This document shows positions 1-10,060 of a DNA stretch of 20,000 nucleotides, one piece after another. This DNA is from Hydrurus foetidus (taxonomy: Eukaryota): the NCBI GenBank assembly GCA_900617105.1, contig UYFQ01000287.1:51925-71924 (forward strand), given 5' to 3'. The notes beneath the pieces are model-generated. The model was not told where the DNA came from. It did not search any database and worked only from the letters and a program-made list of their open reading frames with translations. Made by a program: the position numbers and the translations under genes. Every line of letters starts with the position of its first letter. The stretch's first letter is position 1.

Positions 1-1085
1 TCTTCGTCGTATCTCACTTGTAGTTTCTCCATGAAGTCACCGACCAACAGACCGACCTGCGAATAAATGGATGGAATGGCATACAATAATAATAAATCGG
101 AGAGCTCTAGATCAAATTCTCGACGAGGATCATAATGCTTACTTGAACTCGTTCGGGCCACCCTTGTGACTTCATGTATACTGATATTTCGGAATCTAGT
201 CTGGTTCCGGGTCCGATGCCGTACACGGAGTTGAACGACTTCGGTAGATCCACAATCTCAACGAGAACCTGAGTTAGGAGAAAACGGTGCAATTCGTTTG
301 AAGACACTAGGAATAACTTCAGAAGCGACAGCATATTGTATGATAGAGATAGTAAGACATTCAGGAAGCCTTACTCATCGTTTCTCACTCACCCTCATGA
401 GGTCTTCTGACGATAGGATTCCGCCTTCTGTCGGAAGGGCCAGCACTCCGCGCACAATCTTATACGGATACTTCGCCTCCGCCATCTTTCTTACAGCTCC
501 GTACTTCAAAATTGTGTATGCGATGTTTGCGGCTGAGAGCGTTGCGACAGCAGAGTCGAAGACGATCCCTTCTCCACTCTCTCCGGGAGGTACACACACT
601 GCGAATACGACGCGTTTCAGGCCAGCCTTCGCGGCAGCATTTGCATACAAAGACAACTCAGCTGATGAAACATTAAAACTAAGCCAAGCTTCCTTCCCAC
701 TAATAGCCCTCTCCAAAGATTCCTCACTTTTATCGACTTCTGAGAATTTTAGGACGTCGGTCAAACCGCTGTATACAAGACCAGGACTCATGAGTCGCTT
801 TCGAGCAAACTTTACATCGTCAGTGATAGATGTAATGTCGGGGTGTTTGCCTGTTTTGAATAAATTTGAGAAAGCAAACGCTTCCGCAAAGTTGTTTTCC
901 TTTGACAGGAAACCAGAAACAACTAACGATTTGTATCTCACTTCGTCATCGACTTCTGTGTCATATGCAATAGCAGCTCTAACAATATTAGAAGATTTCA
1001 CTTTTAGAATCGATCTTTGGAATGCCATCGAAGAGCACAACCATAATCCAAGAAACAAACCAAGGTGCTGTCTGTAACCGAACAT
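1..1085 (-). CDS. Putative plastid-targeted NAD(P)-binding Rossmann-like / atypical SDR-like protein, 3' end outside window; exons 1085-393, 268-143, 56-<1
   Basis: The 236-aa ORF splices in phase 0 through GT-AG introns 392-269 and 142-57: ...EDLMR|VLVEIVDLPKSFNSVYGIGPG...WPERVQ|VGLLVGDFMEKLQVRYDEE. N-terminus MFGYRQHLGLFLGLWLCSSMA-FQRSILKVKSSNIVRAA looks like a signal peptide plus transit peptide. AAAKAGLKRVVF, YTILKYG and LSSEDLMRVLVE resemble atypical SDR (NmrA/TIC62-like) motifs. Confidence 0.7.
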
Positions 1086-1530
1086 CGCGCTATTTGTAGG
1101 CAGAAATATGAATAAATATAATTAACAGATGCGGGCAGAAACTCTTGTTTGACTCTGAAGCCAAAGCAGTAGCAGCTCGAGGAGGTCTTTTCGATTTGCT
1201 GACTTCCAATGCGACGTTTATGTGCAAAAGATGCCTTTGTTGTCGATGTGTTGGTCATTCTTCTGTCAGTTTATTCGTTTGTTCCGGTTCCTATCTCAAC
1301 AATTTTGATGCTTCTTCAGATTGTTTTTTTGTAAGCGGAGTACAGGTGAATTGAGTTGCGCTCAACTCTCAACTTTGTGCTTCGTGCTTCGTGCTCTGGC
1401 ATTATTGGAATCAAATCACTATGAAGAATTACACGGGGTTCATTAGGATTAATCTTGAAAGCATCAAGAATCCGGAGAGGATTGAGCAGAATTACCTAGA
1501 AGCTTGACCAGCAGTAATAAATCAATTGCG
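1086..1530. promoter_or_regulatory. Probable compact bidirectional promoter / 5' UTR region between divergent gene 1 and RPT3
   Basis: The start codons at 1085 (-) and 1531 (+) are head-to-head, ~445 bp apart. No specific element was identified. Confidence 0.45.
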
Positions 1531-2953
1531 ATGGCGCCATCAATCGTGAGAATTAGATTTATTTTAAGATGGTCTTCCGACGATTCTCTTCCCAACATGA
1601 ACCACGCTAATCAATTTTCGTAATGCGTCAGTTCGACGCTCAGGAAGACGATGATCTCTACGCACAACTCAAAGGTCTTCAAAGACAGGAAGAATTTCTC
1701 GACATTCAGGAAGAGTACATTAAAGACGAGATGAGAAACTTAAAAAGAGAACTTATCAGAGCTCGCGAGGTATCGTTCCGAATTGAGTAAGACTACATCC
1801 CACATCGTTATACTCTAATGCCACAATTTTTTATACAAACCTAGGAACTAAGACGAATCCAATCCGTTCCGCTCATCATCGGGCAATTCAATGAGATGAT
1901 CGATACACACTATGGCATCGTAAATTCCACAGCGGGCTCTACTTACTACGTTCGCGTTCTCAGTACTTTAGATAGAGAAAAACTCAAGCCAAATACTTCG
2001 ATAGCACTTCACAGACACAGCCACTGCGTCGTCGATATTTTGCCTCCTGAAGCTGATAGCAGCATTCAGATTGTTACCGAGAAGCCAGATGTTACATATC
2101 ACGATATCGGCGGAATGGACATCCAAAAACAGGAAGTGAGAGAGGCCGTCGAGTTGCCACTCACTCAGTTTGAGCTCTACAAGCAGATCGGTATCGATCC
2201 TCCGAGAGGAGTTCTCATGTACGGCCCCCCAGGCACTGGGAAAACAATGATGGCCAAGGCAGTCGCAAACGCTACTACAGCTTCATTTATCACAATGGTT
2301 GGTAGTGAGTTTGTTCAGAAATATCTGGGAGAAGGACCTCGCATGGTTAGAGATGTGTTTCGCCTCGCCAGGGAAAACAGTCCTGCCATCGTGTTCATAG
2401 ACGAGATTGATGCCATCGCAACGAAGAGATTTGACGCACAGACTGGAGCTGACAGAGAAGTACAGCGCATTTTACTCGAACTTCTGAATCAGATGGACGG
2501 TTTCGACCAAGCAACAAATGTAAAGGTGATCATGGCGACCAACAGAGCGGACACCCTCGACCCTGCTCTGCTCAGACCGGGACGACTCGACCGTAAGATT
2601 GAGTTCCCCAACCCCGACCGCAGGCAGAAACGTCTCGTCTTCGGTGCGTGCACTTCGAAGATGAACTTGAGCGACGAAGTTGATCTCGAGGACTACGTCA
2701 ACAGACCTGACAAGGTACGTACCCATCCAAGCATCTTTGTTGGACATTTCGTACAAGTGAACACCTGCAACTGACACACTCCCGAACTCCTCAACCATAG
2801 ATCAGCGCAGCGGAAATCAGCGCCATCTGCCAGGAGGCGGGCATGCAGGCCGTGAGGAGGAACAGATACGTCATACTTTCCAAAGACTTTGACGAGGCGT
2901 ACAAGAAACTCGTGAAGAAGCAAGACAAGGAATTCACATTCTACAGCACATAA
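1531..2953 (+). CDS. RPT3: 26S proteasome regulatory AAA-ATPase subunit RPT3 (6B/PSMC4); exons 1531-1545, 1632-1769, 1845-2714, 2801-2953
   Basis: Walker A GPPGTGKT, Walker [37 protein letters not shown]-terminal coil [26 protein letters not shown] and C-terminal ...KEFTFYST* are all diagnostic of RPT3. Three phase-0 GT-AG introns. An alternative in-frame ATG at 1623 is possible if the first intron is not used. Confidence 0.96.
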
Positions 2954-3271
2954 AACTGTAATCAATATTCATTTGTTACAGCGACATTTTTACAGCATCA
3001 CCTCTTACATGCGTACATACAGCGCAGTTTGATCGAATCACTGGACACCTTCAGCAAAAAAAGTTATCGATATAATCAACTTTTTATTGGACAAAATAAA
3101 TGCGCCACTTAAATGGCGCACACAAGGTCATGTAAATTTTTCGTTTTTGTATAATGGGAGTCAACGCGCATGATTATGAACACCACTGTACTGACAAGCC
3201 GTGCAATGCGTGGGAGGAATCTATCGTCAATAGAGTACAACTGTGCTAAATATGGATGCTACAATGTCGGT

Positions 3272-6144
3272 TTAAAGTGCTCTCCAGTCCTTGGTACCCA
3301 CAGCAGCACCGGCGGCACCGTCTGAGAAACCTTCTGAATTAGCGTATGCGTCTGTGCCATCGTTGCTACTGCTGAAGTTTGCTTCCTTAGGAATGGAAGT
3401 GACCATCCACGATATTCTGCCTGAAGGGACGCCACCGCTGATGGTGAAGCAGAGAGGAATGATGCCTCCCTTGCCCCTCATGCTGTGACCGCTGCTGTGG
3501 CGTCCAGTGGACGAGGAGGAGCACACTGAGTGACTCCCGATACTAGTGGTGTCAGAGGTCTGATGGGCAAAATGCGATGACGACTCTGATGACGTACGTG
3601 ATGTAGGCGACCCGACGGTCGATGACTGCCCTGCTGGGAAATGTTCTTCAGCGGAGAACTCTTCTGCCTCAGTGTCGCTCTCGTCACGTCCTAGCTGGCA
3701 GATGGCAGCAGTGGACAGGCTGCCCAGTCTCCCTAGCAAATGCAGCGGGCCGTCTATCAACCGGTCGTTGTGCATGTTGATGAAACTCCCAGTACTCTTC
3801 GCGTTGCGCAAGGGAGAAGAATAGAACGCAGGAATGTTCCCCGTGGAGACGGAGCGAGGGATGCTCCCCTGTGCGTGTGCCCCCCGACCAAAGGAAGACA
3901 TTGAGCTGATTTTGTTCTTCGCCCAGTAGTTCTTCAAAATGGTTTGTTCCATTTCGTGCTCTCGATCAGCCTTGGACTGCTCTGCTGTGTCAGACGAGAA
4001 ATGAGTCGCAGCGGATTTCTTCTTCTTCGATGAATGGGTGAGAATGGATGGCTTGCTCTCAGCTGCTCTGTTTGCTTTTTTACTCCCACTCGTACTTCCA
4101 TTCAAGTCGGAGACTGCTTCTACTGATGCACCCATGGACTTCCACACCGACGTGCTAAACCGTGTAACCTCAGTGGATATGTGCAGCTGCGGCATCGCTG
4201 CCCCTAGGGGGGTGAGATGGTACGCTACGGTGAAGGGCGCGTACGGACAGGACCCGTTCCCCGCTAGACTACTCGTCACCCTGGCGGTGTCGGGGTCAGG
4301 GAACTCTGGGGACAGCAGCACCACACAGCAGCCGTGTGCGTTGAGCTTCGCTACACCACACAGCTGTGTGCTTGCTATAGCCCCTGCAGGAGGGCTTTTT
4401 ATCACACCGCACATATCCAGTCCGGTGTACGGGCGCATCAGTACATACCGCTGTTTAAAAAATTGAGAGAAATGAAAGGTTAAAGAGGCAGGTAAAGAGG
4501 AGAGAGGAGAAGTGCATGAAAAAGGAGATTACGAGAGAGTCGAAATAATACGAGCAGTGGAGAGAAAACAAGTTGGCGCTGATGTTGAGATGTGCATGAA
4601 AGCAAAATTGTTAACCTTATTTCCTGATGAATAGAAAAGGTAATAGTTTGATAGATTGGTGTTGTGTGGTTCTTACTTGGAGGAAGAAATTCCCGAAGAG
4701 AGCCACCATGCTGCCCATGTATATTATCATCAGCACCTTGCTGCAGTGCGTAGTAGTCAAGGAGGAGGAACGAGAGGTATCTTTGGTTAGAACACCTCAT
4801 ATCATCAGTGACTTCAAAACAGCTTAATGCGTGTCGTGACATTTCATTCAATCTATCGAAAGAAGTTTTGACTTGAAAATGCATTGCAAAATGGACTCAC
4901 GCAAAATCGGGGGACCCGCAAGTCGGACCAACTCGATAGGACAACAGACTTTGCGCGAATATTATGCAGAATTGTGACAGCTGGAGAGAGGTGATGTACG
5001 ATGCCCACCAGCTCTGATATGGTGTTGGAGTATGGAGAAAAAGTACGTCATTCAGTAGAATATTATATAATATGATTTGACTTGATTTGACGCAGTGTTA
5101 TTCATTATTCAGCTACAGTAAGCGGCAGTTTTTGATACTTTGATCACATTGGATGTCTCCTTCAGTATCGTATCATCGAAAGGAGGCATGGTCGGATCGG
5201 ATGACGTCATATGTCAGATTGATCACGGAAAATAAAGTCCAACATATGGAAGTACTGTGGCAAGCTATTTGTGGAGAAGAGTCACAGAGTATGGATTCGA
5301 ATCACAGTATTTTGAATACATCGCGTCACATCTGGAGTGACAGTACATTTCCTGAGTTGAAAGGGGCCCTCGTCATAAAATGTGTGACATGGGTAACAGA
5401 CACACGTCATCGCTCACCTTCAACCCGAGAGTTGCGAGTAAGTAGTGTAGATAAACCAACATGTGGTTCGCACTATTGAGCATGATCGGCAAGTACATAT
5501 CTCCATTGTAATCAAACGGCAATATACTTCCGACAACAACCGTTATTGACGAATGATGAAACAAATGCAGAAAAGTGACCTGCAGAGAAATCATTTTTAT
5601 CTCAGACATTCGAATATACGGTTGCGAGTTATTTTCGGTAAGTTACTTCTGTGAGAATACTGACCTGGCGCGAAGATTTTCGAAGCAAGAAAAACCAAGT
5701 GTCAAAAAATTCGAGATATTTCTGGAAGTAAAATAAAACGAACACCCGTGCGATACTATAACCTTCCGCATCTGTAGCTATAGGATTGCAAAGGAGAAGC
5801 CCTCCATGACCAAGTTTATACTTCAATGTTGACATAGCTATGTATGCTGCAAGAACGACGTTAAGCGCATCGTATGCAACTAGAAGCCAACGCAATTGGA
5901 AACCCTTCTGCCTCCGCTTCATGTACCAAAATATACCGAACGTAATGATCAAATACAACGAGTTCATCGCACAGAGCAAAACCGTGTTCTTATTAACGTC
6001 GAATACATTGACGAACGGGATTGATGGCTGAGACCCATCTTTAACTCGCACGTTATAATATTCCATCGAACGTGAGTAGCTTCCAACAGATCTGGCCCAT
6101 GCCTCCGAGAGTAAGCCCCCCAGCACGACTCGAGGTTTTATCAT
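3272..6144 (-). CDS. ELO/GNS1/SUR4-family fatty-acid elongase with ~390-aa C-terminal extension (~665 aa); exons 6144-5665, 5579-5418, 5013-4901, 4740-4677, 4450-3272
   Basis: ELO motifs KYLEFFDT, VTFLHLFHH (HxxHH), NSANHMLVYLHY, ITSLQLSQF and YMGSMVALFGNFFLQ|RY. Four GT-AG introns in phases 0,0,2,0 join these into the 388-aa ORF at 3272-4438. The start (ATG 6144 versus 6066) is uncertain. Confidence 0.88.
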
Positions 6145-7353
6145 TCCAAGCACGCTTAAACTCAGATATGATGTTGGTGCGCACACACAATAGCCGATTT
6201 AACACAGCTCCTTGTCAAATTTCAGTCCAGCCCTCCCAAGACCCAAGAGGAAAAACGAGGGTGTTTTCCTTGATTGTTGTTTGTCACTCGAAAACTTAGG
6301 ATTTTTGAAGCGAGTAGTGAGAATTCTCCCAGTGCCTTTCCCTTCCTCTTAGAGAGGAAACGAGTTAACGAGTTGTAAATAACGATAACGGAGATGATAA
6401 TGTTTCCATGATGTGTGATGTGTGATGTGTGATATGTAGCGACCAACATATCTATCCCTATCCCCATAGGGACATTATCCTCGGCAACAACAAAAATCCC
6501 TTCGGGGTAATGGAACTGTATGGAGCAAAGGAGCAAAGGACCGAGGGTAGGAACGAAGATTGAAAGAAGGCGCTAACTACCTAATAAAATAATAAATGTA
6601 GAAGCACATGAGAAAACAGTTATAACACCATAGATGAGACATTGTTGCTATTGAGATGTCTAATTGATGGATAGCAGCATCCAGTTTACCGAAGACACTC
6701 CACTTTGTCCCTAGCCATCCATATTGTCAGCAGAGGTAATAAAAGAGAAGAGAAGACAGGTATATATTGGGTAGCGAGGAAAGGTCAGCTAATGCCGTCG
6801 TAGGTCAGCTAATGCATTTTCTCAATTAGGCCAGCGGAATCACACTAATGAATTGAGTATGATCAATCTTAATCAAATTGAGTAGAACGAATTTCGGTAG
6901 AATTATCATAAATTTTATTGAATTACATCACTGCTCACAAACATGCTACTTTACTCAAATCGACGCAACACTAAACGATGCAACAAAGTCAATTGCGAAT
7001 AGCACTGCGCTTTATCAGGCAACAACAGAATTACAAAAATGATATCGGTGCCTCGTAATTTGTATTCCTCATCAGATAGACTCATCGTCATTTTATCTGT
7101 AATAACAACAATAAGTACAAATGCAGGGTAGAGCAGGGTGTGACGTATCATGATGAGCGTGTTATCACACACTGGACAATGCTCTGCGCAATATCTCCAC
7201 ATACGCAGAGACAGTCGTCCTCAGATACGCATTTCATCACAGATTTCCTCAATAAATGAATTTCTTTAAGTAAGAAGAATGTAGATAATATCGCAAACTT
7301 GCAGAAAAGGTCTGGATGATGACAATTCACTGTTATGCTCGATATACATCGTA

Positions 7354-10028
7354 CTATTTAGTTTGATATGCCGGGAATAGAATGTTGGGGAACTTCTTCG
7401 ACACGATGACGAACTCGTCGAAAGTGATCACACCGTCACCGTCCTTGTCAGCTTGAGCCTGTTGGAGGTGCGAGACAAGAGGGAGATGAGATGGTGCTGT
7501 GTGTTGTTAGGGGACTGAGCATTGTGAAGACGTTGTTACCACCATGAGATGTAACTGGAAAAGATGTAATCAGACTAAATGGGTAAGTGTGAGGTGTGGT
7601 AAGTATGTCGAGATGATCTGTCCTTTCACTTTGCAGCAATGAACGCTGCTGATATGCCTTCGTTAGTTGTGAACAGTAGTGCGGTGAAGTGAGATGAGAT
7701 GTACTGTACTATGCTATGCTCATTCGTAGCAAGCTTCTCGTAGCAGTATGCTTCAGAGGATGTGGTGTGTCAAACAGACAAAGTGCGCATGGACGGACTT
7801 AACGGTTTGTGGGACGGTGCGATGATTAGAAATGTTCGTGCAGTATAACACAGATAGTGTCATGTCGTGTAATGTCATGTCGCGTTTGTCGCGTGTCTGT
7901 CAGTCAGTCAGTCAGTCAGTCAGTCAGTCAGTCAGTCAGTCAGTCAGTCAGTCAGTCAGTCAGTCAGTCAGTCAGTCAGTCTGTCTGTCTGTCTGTCTGT
8001 CCTCTGCTGTGTATTGTCTCGTCATTCGAGAACCTTGACAAGGGCTACTCATGTGGACAGCGTGTAGTTACTATACTGCACTGTCCTATACAACACTGTA
8101 CCGCACGTACCATGATGGTATCTGCTTTTCTCGCCACTTCAGAGTCGTGTGACGCCATGTGATTGGCTTTCAGGATCTTGAGTAGCTCTGCCTTGGTGAT
8201 CACCCCATTGCCCTCCTCGTCAAATATCATAAAAGCGAACTTCAACTTGTCCTCTTTGCCGGCACCCGTATAATTCGACACGGCTATAAAGAACTAAAAT
8301 GCCAGGGAATGGAATAGAGAGCGCGCAGAAGATGAAAAACAAATACACGGATTAATACCGATGTTGCAGACCTCGAAGGACTGGTATATGCACACACAGC
8401 ATAAACTGCTGCATCCACTCGACTGGTATATGCGGCTATGTTCACATGAACTGCACTACTGTGCATGACCCTGTTGAGACAGCGTGACGCACACTGTCAC
8501 ACCATGTAATCCACCCACAGTCCCACTCACTCATACAGACACATACGCACACACTCAGTCATGTACACACTCACACTTACTTACGTACACAAACCATAAC
8601 ACATATACAAATACGCACCTCTCTTGCGTCCACATGGCCGGTCTTGTCGTAATCATATAGCCGGAACACTGCCTCGCACTGAGGAGCCGGATCGCACTGC
8701 AGCACCTCGCAGAAATCGGCATAGTCCAGAAGACCAGATTTGTCCCTTCGTTTGGTATACGATAACGATCATTAAGTATCGACGGCATTGCATTTCAGTG
8801 CGGCCCGTTGTGTCGGAAGGACTGAGCGATATCAGACCCAACAGTGCAGTGCAGTGCAGTTGATTGCAGTTCAGTTACATCCACTTCTATTCAGTTCTTC
8901 TCCACTCCAATCAGTTTCATTTTACCAACTTATTTTGTTCATGTGATATGTCATGAGCAACAAATAGTACTCCGTATTCGGTACAGCACAGTACCTGTCT
9001 GAGGCTTGAAACCGTTTGTAAGCTTTTTTCACGCTTTCTGGTTTTAGATTATTTTCCTTCGCAAATTCTTCTAGCCGTTGTTTCTTTGCATTACGCGCTT
9101 GAACAATATTCTGTCCGGAGGGGGGAGGGGGTACTTGGGACCGACCCCCGGCCGCCCCGCCCCGTGCCTCTGCCCCCAGACCATTGGGAGCCTTCTTTCC
9201 CCCTGTGACCATAGAGTAGAACTGGGAGGAGAGGAGAGGAAAGGAAATGATAAGAGATGATGGGATAGGATAAGAGAGGAGATGATAAGAGAGGAGAGGA
9301 GATGATGAAGGGTGTCGATGCCTTTTATCAAAGCTGCACCATCAAAGCTGATAACATCACAAGCGATACAACATCAGGCTACAGTATACTATGTACGGTC
9401 ACGTTTCAGAAGAGCTCTAGATTACATTAATCTACACAACATTGCACTGCACTTGACTGCACTTCACCACACAGTCCCTCGGATTAATTAGCGGGAAAAT
9501 AAGAGACTACAAGAACATCTTGTCTTCTTCCCCTTTCGCTCTCAACTTCTCCACCCTTCTCTTTTCTCATCCACTCACCTCTTCCCATGAGACCTGCCCA
9601 TCTCCGGCCTTGTCCACCATGCGGATCATCTCGTCCACCTCTTCATCCGTCACCTACATACAGCGAAACAAGAATGTGAGAGGAGTGAGTCGAATGGAGG
9701 TAAATTGAATTGAATTGAACTGGATTGAATCACACAGTAGAGTATGAGAGGATGGAATGAGATGGTGATAACGAGGGTATCACGGAATCAAGATACATGT
9801 AGTGCGATAAGATATATGACAGAATGCTCCTATATTCATCAATAATTATTCATGACGGGAAAAGCGACAAAAACAGCCGTCTGATATTTGTGAAAATATG
9901 CAGTGTATGTAAGTATGTATGTCCACATGTATGATGTACGTATGTATGTTCGCATGTATGTATGTACGTATGTATGCATGTATGTATGTATGTATGTATG
10001 TATGTATGTATGTATGTATGTATGTATG

Positions 10029-10060
<32 letters not shown>

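Noticed and set aside
298..1077. 259-aa plus-strand ORF
   Set aside because: Antisense shadow of gene 1, which has splice sites, a targeting peptide and family-like motifs.
3272..4438. 388-aa ORF as a stand-alone gene
   Set aside because: A strong acceptor 12 nt upstream of its ATG joins it in frame to the elongase, so it is best read as the last ELO exon.
4038..4466. 142-aa plus-strand ORF with signal-peptide-like start
   Set aside because: Lies entirely antisense to the elongase last exon and has no independent support.
7832..8162. SQSV-repeat ORFs (likewise TEQNR/VLFCS at ~11640 and FFSFL at ~12280)
   Set aside because: Stop-free translations of intronic simple repeats.
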